The position numbers and the translations under genes are program-made. Of a stretch of DNA of 64,000 nucleotides, positions 1 through 12,800 are shown one piece after another. The stretch comes from Ylistrum balloti. Lineage: Eukaryota. The DNA is taken from contig NW_026782404.1 in assembly GCF_031769215.1 (NCBI RefSeq), positions 1 through 64,000 on the forward strand. The letters are read 5' to 3'. Position 1 is the first letter of the stretch, and every line of letters starts with the position of its first letter. The notes below the pieces were generated by a model. The model was not told where the DNA came from. It ran no database searches and saw only the letters and a program-made list of their open reading frames with translations.

Positions 1-853
1 CGGTAACTGTCCTGAGATGTGGCGAGAGAGAGAGAGAGCAGGATCCGGACAGTGAGATTGGGACATATCCACATTGTACACAGCTAATTTTAGCAGAACT
101 CTCGATTTAAAGGGATATGATGAAGTGGACATATGAATTGACAATAACTATTACGACTTTAAAACAAAACGTGAAAACTTCAATTGAATGTTCATATGAT
201 TTCGTTTTGAGATAGTTTCCCGTCAGGCACCCGTTTCTAATCTATAAATTACTGATATAAGTTTTATTTGTTGATGACAGTAGCTTTACACTAGTGTGTT
301 GGACTGCTGACAAGCCATGCATGTCTCCGTGAAAATTACCGACAGTGCTTATTACGATCTGGTGCTGGAGTTTACTTCCTGTGACACCCATGGAGATGTT
401 CTTACCAAAGTGACATTTGAATGGTATCTGATACATTCTGAACACAATCCGGGACTGTAAACAATTTGTACTACATGTGCAGAACATCATGGCTTTACAT
501 GGAATTCCTGTAGAACGTGTTTGGTATGTGTACTCGAATTCATTCGTTTTCTGTTTATATGTTCTTGAATTTTATAGACAAGTGAATGTTCGATGAACAG
601 ATTTTGATTACATAAACCAGCAAAGTAAGTGGCACATTCTATAATCTAACATCATTTCTCGTGTTAAGTGTTACACAGCTGGCATTGAGATCAAAGCATT
701 CAAATTCCTTTGTTTTGTTTCACTAACGCCATCATTCACAGTGTAATCTAAATAACCAGTTCCGTGATAGATTGTGATACTTATATATTCCGTGAAAGAG
801 ACCTACATGTTTTAAGTCTGAACGCCGTGACGTGATAAGCCTGTGACGTCACA

Positions 854-3800
854 ATGGATCCTGGTCCGACATGGAAGAAAATGTTACCCCTTTCAATTGT
901 TGTGGTGGTTTTTCTGTGTACTGGAGCGCTCGTGTTCAGCGCCTTGGAAGGAGATCCGGAACTGGAGAGGAGGCAGGTGCTCAGGGAATATCTCAATAGA
1001 TTCCTCAGTAAGTGTTTTGTATTTTAAAGTCTTAACAAATATCAGTTTCCCTCAATCAATGTGTTCTTAGACACATATTTACATTTTTTCCTGCTCATTA
1101 TATTCTAGCGTAACAACTGTTTGACATAGATAATTTTCTCAAAAAAAAAAAAAAAAAACCTACAGTATCCCTACTATGTATCACTGACAAGAAAACCCTA
1201 TTTCGGTAACTCCCAATTGTACATCTCCCTGCCTATATAAACTCCTTTATCTTGTACTATGTCTGTCTTGTTAAATCCGTTATATATCTTCACTTCCCTT
1301 GATAAACAATAGTGAATTATTTCTAATCCATTTACTTAATAAACACAAGTTTTACATCTATATATGTATAAATATATATAACTACACCCTTCAATATCTC
1401 CTAATCTAATAACCGCTTCTCCTATTAAACACCAGTCATGTATAACTACACCCTTCAATATCTCCTAATTAGATATCCGCCTCATTCTATTAAACACCGG
1501 TCATATATAACTACACCCTTCATAACTCCAAGTTACATATCTCTACCTTCCTCTATGAAACCCGAGCTATATAAAACTACACTATTCAATAACTCCGAAA
1601 GTATCTCCCTCTTTGAAATCGGGATGATCTCTCCACCCTTTTGATGAAACCACATTGGTTTCCTATTCCTATCTCTCAAGAAACAACAGTAAAATAGTTC
1701 TATCTCTATTAACATACTCATTTTCACCAATGTACATTGTATTTACAGTTTCAACGGTCAGTAAATGCTGTGTATATAAACATGCCAAGCAACACATAAT
1801 TATACAGTTTATCTCTATATCCCGATGAAACAAATTTGTTTGTCCTCTTCTCTCAACATATAACAGTTATATAAGCATTATCTGCCTTCTCAGGAAACTG
1901 TACCTCCCACGATAAAGAGTTGTATATGTTCTCTACCTCCCCCAGTAAAGAGTTCAGTTACATAATAAGCTCTCTACCTTCCTAGTAAAGGGAACCTCTC
2001 ACGATAAAGAGTTGTATATGTTCTCTACCTCCTCCAGTAAAGAGTTCAGTTACATAATAAGCTCTCTACCTTCCCAGTAAAGGGAACCTCTCACGATAAA
2101 GAGTTGTGTATGTTATCTACCTCCCCCAGTAAAGAGGTAAATTAGTTCTCTACCTCCCCAATTCCATTTCCGTGGGGTAACACAAATCACTCTTGGAGAG
2201 ACTGCCCCAAATCGCCCATTGGAGAGTTGTACATGTTTTCTGCTACCCTAATAAACAGTTCTCTATTCCTATCTTCTTCCTTCCGAAATTATATATATTT
2301 TCTATGTACACTTATACGACCAATTTATATATATATAGTTATATACCTCGTATAATAATCAGTAAAGTACATCATCTCCTTACTAATCTTCTTCTTTCAA
2401 TGTATCTCCCTCAATACCACTTCCTTTGTCAGTGCTCTTGATTCGTATAGACCCTGCAACATGCCTCCTTTGATATGATATATACCGTTACAGAATCGAT
2501 CAAAACACAATACAGGACGGTTTACTGTGTAATACCACATCTGGATGATTATCAGCAGGTAAGGTGTCAGATCATCCAATGTTTTTTCTTCCTGAAATAT
2601 CGTCAATATTCTCGTCGCATTTGCTCGCCTAGACTACCTACGATATGACGTTTGCAGTAGAGTGTTTCTGCCCAACCGTCAATCAGATATCACTATATTT
2701 TTGTGTCTGAACTTACTATCAATTAAATTGTTCTTTGCAATACGGATTGTAAACTTTTCTAACTAGTTCTAGTGAGCGTAACGATACTGTTTGATAGACT
2801 CTCTGATATTGAGGGAACCCATAACCCTTGCTCCGTCTATCTATTAATCTGGATGATGAACTTGTTAAAATATTCTCTATGATATCTAGGACACAGTACA
2901 ACCTTCCTGTGTTTCAAGTACAATTTAAGATGAAAATAACCAAAAACTTTTCCTGTGCAGTTGAAGACAGGTGTTAATTAAGACGGCATAAAAACAAGTT
3001 TTAATTCATTTAACAGAATTACGATCTTTATTGCTTTTCTGGGTCAACCTCCATTCAGAATCATGGCTGTGCTTTGAAATCATAACCGGTAACGGTGGAC
3101 GGATGTCTACTAAGCGCCAGACTGACACAGATCATACTGTGCTGTAAGGTATCCGGAAAGTCGTTATGTATTACAATAAACATCTTTCTAATCTAGTTGA
3201 TTGACTTTCTTCTAATAGTACGGCACAGTTGTTTTATCATGGTGTCGTCGTATTAAGCCAAGGGTAGCCTTTTTGTACTCTATGAGAACGGTCAGTGCGT
3301 TACTGTGTACGACTAGTAAAAACTATTTTTTATTATACTAGCATCTACTAAGAAAAGGAGGACAAAACGACAAAAATGTGGTAATTTGACTGAAACCAGA
3401 ATGAAGTAAGAAGGAAAATCAGGAATCCTCTTGCAGAATTAACAAGCACATTACTTAGTTGCGCAAACAGTGTCCCTCTCTTTGATAGTGTTTTCGTTTA
3501 ATATTTCAGTGAGACTTTCAGACACATCAAGATTTTGGTTCCCTTCAATTAACATGTTGTTAAACTACATCGATCTTCCCACATGAAGGGAAACTTGACA
3601 GACTCTTTGTATCGTTTCAGCCCTATCTTTACCATCATGAACGTTTACTTCAAAACTCAAATAAACTTCGGTGCGATTTCTATTTCTTGATTGTGAATTT
3701 TTTATCTGTATTATAACGTCTATGCTCCCCCATATTGGACGCTAAGAAATTGATTTACTGTTCATAAGCGTACCCGAAATATCATTTCCGTGGAGGTAAA

Positions 3801-6800
3801 ATGCTGAGAGGCAAATATATAAAATCATGTTTCGAGAGATTCAGACTGAATGAAACCCTATTTGGGTATACCTCTTAGTCATTAATGAGTTATGGTTTCC
3901 GTTCTCCTCTACTCCTCTTCTCACTAAAATAACAGTGTCTAGATAGAGGGTGGGTGGTGTAATGTCCTCTTCCTAAATACTTACAAAATACCTATCTAGA
4001 TATTTCTTAGAATTCGAATTTTTGACTGTGTACAAAATACACTGATTGGGTGTTAATCTAACAAAAGCTATACAATTCTTAGAAGTAGTTAGACATCGAA
4101 TGAACCATGATTTGCCAAACTGAACGAGAAACGTCACATGGCATGTCTTGTTTAGGGATGTCATCCTATCATCACAGATAGACAGCGTTTACTTTACAAC
4201 AGAGTCATACAACAGCAAGGTCATGTGACGACGATATCATTACGTTATGACATAGGCAAGGTGTTAGGATATTCGCCAAATCAGAACACACTATTTTGGG
4301 ATTTGACTAAGTTGGCGTGCACATTAAGACACACATTTATACACAATCAAAGGAAAACGACGCGGGGGGTAAAGGGTGGGGTGGATGGGGGGAGGGGGAG
4401 TGTAAAGATTGATATTCTATACGTCTTTATTTTCCTGTGTCTGATTAGAAACTGTCATTTCTCTATAACGTGAATTAGGTGTTATATTTCATTATTTGTC
4501 TCATAATATTTCGTGCAGGGGTTCATTTCATAAGCTTGTCAGACAAACAGTCACTAATGTCTGTAAACATTTGAAGGTCACGTAGACAGCAATGTCTATT
4601 GATTCAATTTACAATATATGTATAATTGGGAACCCTGTTATTTGCGGGCAGAACATCACATATTGATATAAACGTTAAGTATCTATAGCGCCAGACAGAA
4701 CACGACAAGCTGGTGGTAAGATTCTGAACATCGGAGTAAGACATCCGTGCCAAATATTAAATTCAGTGTAGAAATAACGATGCGGACCTAGACGGGATCT
4801 TGTTCGTCTTCCTACTCGATCTAGTAATGATTAATCTACCTGTAGGCTCGTTATCTGATTATTTAAATATCTACGTTATACACGGATGATACACTACACG
4901 AGCACGTTATATATTATCATCTGTGTACTGCACAAAATGCACTTTAACAGAAAACTGTTGAAACCCAAATTCGAGTGAAGATTTTGTGATAATTAAAGTA
5001 GAAAATTCTTTATTATTTGATAAAAGGCTGTAAAGTGTTTTATATGATCCCGGTAAAAGTTACGTGTTTGAATCATTATGTGGTGTGAATTTGTCTTAAT
5101 GTGATGTGATTTCTCTATGTGATGTGAATTTTTTATATGTGGTGTGAATTTGTCTGTATTTGATGTGAATTTGTCTTAATATGATGTGATTTCTCTTATG
5201 TGATGTGAATTTGTTTTATGTGATGTGAATTTTATTATGTGATGTGAATTTGTCTGTATTTGATGTGAATTTGTCTGTATGTGATGTGACTTTGTCTGTA
5301 TGTGATGTGAATTTGTCTGTATGTGATGTGAATTTGTCTGTATGTGATGTGAATTTGTCTGTATGTGATGTGAATTTGTCTGTATGTGATGTGAATTTGT
5401 CTGTATGTGATGTGAATTTGTCTTTATGTGATGTGAATTTGTGTTTATGTGATGTGAATTTGTCTGTATGTGATGTGAATTTGTCTGTATGTGATGTGAA
5501 TTTGTCTTTATGTGATGTGAATTTGTGTTTATGTGATGTGAATTTGTCTGTATGTGATGTGAATTTGTCTGTATTTGATGTGAATTTGTCTGTATGTGAT
5601 GTGAATTTGTCTGTATGTGATGTGAATTTGTCTGTATTTGATGTGAATTTGTCTGTATGTGATGTGAATTTGTCTGTATTTGATGTGAATTTGTCTATAT
5701 GTGATGTGAATTTGTCTGTATGTGATGTGAATTTGTCTGTATGTGATGTGAATTTGTCTTTATGTGATGTGAATTTGTCTGTATTTGATGTGAATTTGTC
5801 TTTATGTGATGTGAATTTGTCTGTATTTAATCGGTATTTGTAGATTGCATTAAGTTGTAATAATTTGATGTGAACTTGCCGTGTTCAGTTAAAATGTTAT
5901 CTTAATTGTTGTTTGTGATAAAAGGAAAGACAGTTTGACGCAACAAACCAGGTCTTTCACTCTGACAATGTAGACCCTCCTTTTACACTGCATCACACTG
6001 TGAATGTCGAAACACCCGCTGTATCACACTCCGTAGACCTTCCTCGAATCTCTGTGGTTACACGAGATCACAGAGTCTACATTATATTGAAATAAATCAT
6101 TATCTTACATCCTCATGATCATCAACTTTGTTTTATCAGCGATTAAGGAATATATCAAGTTGAAGATTTGAGAAAACAGATTTTAACACAGTACTCGAAA
6201 TCGATTTGAACTCAATACTTGTGGTAATTTTAGTACACCACAAACGTAAACCTGCACCTCTATGTGCACGTGCACTGCAGGCGTTAACTCGTTATAATTG
6301 TATTGCCGAACACGTAATGATGTTTACCCTAAAGAGAGATGTATTTCATGTTTGAGGAACATAAGTTAGTGAATTTATCAGCTATCCCGTTTACATAGGA
6401 TATAGCGAACGAGATAACAAGCTACTGAGGAATCTAAATAACACATAAATGATATATTTCCCTTTTCAAGAGGACAATAGGCTGTTAAGTAATCTACAGA
6501 ATACAGAAGAAAATAGATATGTTTCCATCAAGATGAAATACTGTGGAGTAAGTGAATATAACTTATCTACGTGTGAATAGAACTTATCTACGTTTCCCCG
6601 TAGATGTCTTTCGCCGTTACAACAGAGGATACAATCTTTTCATCGATCAATTTTATAAGCAGGGAGCGTGGGGATGATACCTGTACTCAATAGAATAAGC
6701 AGAAAACACGCAAGAAGATTTTAACTAGGACCATTGAAAAAGGTAAAAGAGAAGTCCTCCTGTTCCTGAAGGGAAAGCGTCTTCCGCTTCATTGAAGTCA

Positions 6801-9800
6801 TAGATTATTTTAAGCTAGGTCTAATCCAAACAATATTACGTTCTCAAATAAGAACGAGGTTAAAAACAGTGGAATATTCCCTTTCGCGACCATACGGTTT
6901 TTCTCGAAACCCTGTGTTGTGAATTTATTTGTCAGCTGTCGAGCTCATTAAGACCATAAAGCTTAGTGAAAATTGACGTGAATATTGTAGAAAGATGATA
7001 TAGAAGAATCTGTCTTGCCATAGCTAAGATAGCCCTAATGCTGTTATAATATTAATATAGAGAAAATCAGATGCAATGTGTATTATGAAAGGATAATAAC
7101 ATTCGCAGATTTAACATGCCAGAACGCCTGTTAATGCTGCATTTGCTCTTTTCTTTCCTATAAAAATATTAGATTTAACCTTGTCGACAATTGGTACTTA
7201 ATTACGACTGTGTTTAATTAGCTATGCTACAAGGGAACATTTATTATGCTTACTGAGCGAGAGAAAACAATTTAGCCCTGGAGCTCTACCAACCTTTGAT
7301 CGGAGTTAAAGCAATAAAAGATACATTACAACGTGCAGTGTTCATAGCGATGTTGAGTTAATTTCCATTTTGGAAATAAATATGTAATGTAATTTGCACC
7401 ATATGAGATTATACATGTTATCAATACTGTATGGTTCTCGACCTCCCTTGACATTTGTCGGTTGACTTGCTCTGATTGGTTCTCGGAGACAATGTTACAA
7501 TTGTCAATAATGTACATACTATATAGGTATGTGTCACGAAATGAACAGAAGAGTTAGTGTTTTTCTTCACTGCATCATATCTTTAATATCTGCTTCGACT
7601 TAACCTGGTCGTGATCAAAAACTAAATATTTCTGTTGTATATAAAGATAATCGATTGCCGACGCGAAAACATGGTAATAGGAAATTAGGTTAAACATATT
7701 TATTTGGAAAATAGATCAGAGGTTCGGGCAAAAGTTATTACAACGCCTTTCACTCCAATATAAATTTGTATCAATTTAGGAAGATTAGCATAAAACTGAG
7801 TACCACTCGGAACTTAAAGGAGAAAAGAGAAAGAAAAAGACACCAACAGACCGTCAACAGAAAGTGGAAATTGACAACAAGACATTTTTATAGTTTTCTT
7901 CATAATTTCAAAGGGAAGAATTCTCTAGGTTGGATGCTCGATGATCGTTATCTGCCTGATGGTGCGTCATTTTCCTGGTTCTCATTTTGAGAGCTTGAAA
8001 TGACATTTTATTACTATCTACATATAAAGTCAATGGAGCTGTAGACGTATATTTACGAGAACACACGACTTTATTTCCCTTGTACAATGCAGTAGTCACA
8101 ACGATCACACTTCATCTTTTCTTTAATTTCCATGCAGTTTCCTCTTTTTGCTTTATCATGATAGTACTTTCAACAACACTGTCATTAGACAACTGGTCAC
8201 ACTTGATTTTTGTTAAAACATACATCATTTATCATTACTTCTACTATAAAAATGATTTGAAGGAACAACTAAGTGGCAACTTTTATCATTAGTTCATGAT
8301 GAGATTAATGATGCTATCATTCTGTTGAATAAGGTTTTTATTGAAGACAAATAAGAGTTGCAGCCTTAGATGACTAGTGTAGACATATATATTTTTTCAA
8401 TATTGTAGAATATGAAATACCTGTGGTTAACATATAAAACAACATGAATACATGTATCAACAAACAAAAGAAGGTTTCATGTTATACAATAAGATTACCA
8501 TTTTCCACAATGTGCCTACTTTCCTGTAAAGTCGTCGATAGATTTGGGTCAGGATGTAGGTCGAGGCAATGTTTAACATATCTCTCTATGCGGACTATCT
8601 GTGTGAATCGTTGTTTTATCGATTCTTAATGTACATACCAACAATTTGACATATCATTTGTATTTGTTCACTCAACTAGATCGGTAAAAGAACGGACATC
8701 GAAGAAAGGCATTATGTTTATCTTAAATGGAAATTAGGTTTTATGTATCATTTCGTATACAAGTATCCAGTTAAGGTAGGAGACAATATCACGTGACATG
8801 ATTTTATTTCGTTGTGTTATCATATTTGAATTTGATCCATAGATTGAGAATATAATTTACTTTACTGTAACGGTTATTGTGTTTGGCGACTTTCTGGCAT
8901 TACCAACAAACTCAAAGCATAGAAAAGTCAATCGGAAGATATCACAAAAATTATCAGTATTTTAATCTCCACTTCACATTCCGTTGACACATTTGAGCAT
9001 TTCGTTATTAAATGACGTCGATGTCCATCATATACCTCAACAGGAGAGATGACCGCCATCGTTTGGCTATCGACAGAATTCATGAGTTCATCAGGGATTA
9101 GATCATGGTCATGCTTTGGATATATAAAACATTTATACCAGATACATTTAGTAGATCCGTGCATCTTTCTGGACGGACAATAAAACAAAAAAAATATCGA
9201 AAAGTCAACACATTATGAATTCAAACTCAAAACAAAGTGAATATTTAGGAAGATGATAAAACATCGTGTTCGTGTTCTCATCGATATTGAAACGCCATAG
9301 GCTGGGAAAGCAGAGTTATTGCTTTTCAGAAATGAAAAATTCACAAGAAAAATATAGAAATCACCATGCTTATAATACAACTTGCATTGGTAGAAAGCTG
9401 TCAATGTTGATTTCATAGGACGAAAAGGTCGAGCGGATGAAGTAGACGATTCTGTCGTATTTTTTATGTTCAATAACAGTAGACATATACAATGAATACG
9501 GTCAATAAATATCTTGTTATTTAAAAACAAGACATCAGCGACATATCTCAAAACGAAATCAAAGGATTTCGCAAGGACTTTGTCACGTGACCTGCTTTCG
9601 CATATTCTTCGATAAATTCAAACTCGTATTAAAATATAAGCATTTCGGCTTAGAGAGGGACACAATTTGTTCCCAGAGATATGCTTTATGGTCTTTTGAA
9701 AGTTTTCTCTTACGAACCTGACACAGAAACACATATTGTTATCACTAAAGGTCATCATCACACCTGGATATTCCGAGGTCTTAAACATTCTCTGAAATAA

Positions 9801-12800
9801 CTCTGTGGTTGATGTTACCCCTTTTTGCTCATAACCTAGATTCTTAATCGTTTTTATCTACATATAACTGCACGTCTTCAAAGATCTAGTATAGAGTGTT
9901 GGATTCACGTATGTTCTTGTTATGTGTGCGTCACTATTTTTCCGAGTTCGATAGAAAATTGTATTGGTACACAATTTATAGTCAAAACAAATGTTTGAAG
10001 AAATGGTTCTAAATTGCAAAAAAAAAAAGGATATTTGTCTTTCTCTCTCTCTCTCTTTGCTCAGTGTCAAGACTCTTTCTTGCGATATTTACATTTGTGA
10101 TAATAAACATCGTCCAGTCGAACATTGGAACTATCTAAAAAATGTATTGTGTTCAAAATAGAATCTATTTCACTGCTACATGCATTTCATCTAGTCACAC
10201 AGACATATTGTTTGATAAAGACAAACCAATACACGAATATAACATTTGGCTGGTTCACCTCTTACTCATAGACACTAGGTCCCATTAATGCCCCCACACT
10301 TTGAGAGATGGCAGTGTACGCTGTGTTAGAAGGTAACCGTGTTCCTTCGTTCATCAAGGCAGACACTCTCGGTGAAACTTAGTGATATTCTGCATGCATA
10401 CATTTATCGGTCTAGAATCTCTTGCATGAACAGGTGTTGTGAAGGAAGGAAGCAGACACATGCTGAACACCACAAAGACTTACTTCATGCTATCGGACAT
10501 TAACAGTGTATGGGGCCAGGTGTGTATTGGAACACCAGACGTACGAAATTAGCAATTGCTTCCGATCTTGTTCTGCTATAATGGTGTCGTACTCTATCAT
10601 CATCACGAGGTTATTTTTAAACTTTGTAATTCATGATATGATTAATAATGACTTGCTTAAAAGTACTTTGTAACATTTCTCCCTTAAGAATCCTGATAGT
10701 CGCATGTCTAATCGAAAACCGTTTGTAGTTATTTTTATCTCGTTTTTACATATACAAAAACAGAAAGAAAGTATGCAGAATAACACTTCCGGTGGACCTT
10801 TGAAATCAACACAGCTATGTTTTATATAAACCTTGTAAATACTTGCAACAACACTTGTATTAGCATTAGAGAGCTACCTGGATCATTACCTCTTTTTATA
10901 GGAAAATTTACAAACATGATTCTTAGTATTACGACCGCTATAGCTCAGCCCTCTTTACACTTAAGATCGTTCTGACTTTCAACACTCGATGTGATAACCT
11001 TTCCTGTTGTAATTGTTGTTACAGGAAACCACACGTGCATTGATTCTGACGAACTACACGAACTGCTGTCGGAAGTGGACACTGAAATCAACTTTGCTTT
11101 GCGCATGATCAGAAACAAGACGATATACACACAATGGGATTTTTCGGGTTCATTCTCTTTTGTCATCACTGTTGTCACCACCATAGGTATGTTAAGGAAA
11201 CATCAGTTTGAGGGGAAAACAGAAGCAGTTACCTGATTGTCAGTGATGTTGTAATTGTTTGGTGGGGCTGCGTATTTTATAATCAGACTTACAAATCTCG
11301 ATCTTTAGTGAATTCATTTGTGTGTGTCTTTCATACAATCCATATGTAGTATTTGAATTTGCTATTATTTTAATGATAATAAGTGTATTTTAAGACGTGG
11401 ATATAATCATTTTATTAATGCATTCTATTAATTATCTTTTCGTTTGTGATTTCCTACTCTTCGACGAAAGATCACCAAAATGCATACACTTGTTACGGAA
11501 CTTTGTATTGTTGAATACAGCAAGCATTGGCCACTGTTGAAATATCAGTAACGTGGTAACGTAAACAACGATGTATTTTATCTTAATCGCTTTTTAACAT
11601 ATACATAACACCGATATAAGATAAACTGCAGAAATATCAATTAGTTCCTGCTAATTCAATGTATCACCACTCAGAGGCAGTATCACCACTCAGAGGCAGG
11701 AAATATTGGAAAGATCACTTACATGATAGCTACATGGAGCAGATGTAGTATAATGGAAGTGAGTACTTGTAGATCACAACAAACCTTAACTTACAAGGTA
11801 AAAACAACACTGAGAAACTACAAGATAAGGTCTGTGTGATATAAATCTGAACCTTTAGCAATTTACATGCTACTTGGTGATATCGTTTTTGTTCTCAGTA
11901 ACGCGTACTTGCCAATTTTGTTAAATTTTCTCAGCATCATTCGAGAAATTCCAAGGATGGATACCGTACGCGTTTAGCGTTTAAGTAATTGTATTTTAAT
12001 TAGATTCGGTTTAGACAGGCTTTGAAGTAAGTAGCGCTTGCCCAGGGGTGCTGTAATGAAGTGAGTTATCTAATTTCTTTGAACGTACTGGTACATTTTA
12101 GATGAGATATAATTAAGGATACCTGCTACTTTCGATATCTGATGACTTCAACAGAATAATGAAAATAACATAAAGACTGCTGTAATCTGAACTCATCATT
12201 AAGTGCTGACATACACATTCAGTAAGACTTATCTATATCGACACCAACAGTACGTGTTTACCTCTACATGTCTGGCGTCTTAGTGCTTACATAACGCTGG
12301 TTTTGTTATGACAATAAATAGTGTTTAGTTCGTTGCTTACTCTCTAACTCCTTAACTAGGATGTATCCGTTAAACGCCTCTGGTAGATCTATTAGTGATG
12401 TAGGGACACTTGTGACGTGTGTGGCGAAGGAAAGAGAAAGAAACCACATATTTCCAGGTGTATTAATAATTCTACGTACCACACATAAACATGGAAAAAA
12501 GAGACGGAGATGATATGTTGTCATTGATCATACAGTATTACTAATTGAATTCAATCTGCTACTACAATGACGTAAATTCTATATTGTATCTAGGAACATT
12601 AGAAGTATGCTACTTTAAGATAAAAAATAAATTCCCACGAATTGCAATATCATAACTATTAGTATTTAACACAAAAACATGAAGAATATTTGGTAAATAT
12701 GTTATGAAAGCTGGGTATTTGTGTCATGTCGTCACTTTTAATAGGGTCATGTCATCACCCACAATAGGGTTGTGTCGTCACTCATAACAGTGTTGTCGTC

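Noticed and set aside
2330-2900. Possible further RT relic on the minus strand (GIYHIKGGMLQG, YYTRYI)
   Set aside because: Resemblance to RT motifs B/C is too weak without a profile search, and the catalytic DD is absent.
5244-5843. 199-aa ORF of DVNLSVC heptad repeats
   Set aside because: It is a by-product of a 21-bp (multiple of 3) minisatellite inside K2P intron 1. It has no unique domain, no splice signals linking it to the gene, and starts within the degenerate array edge.
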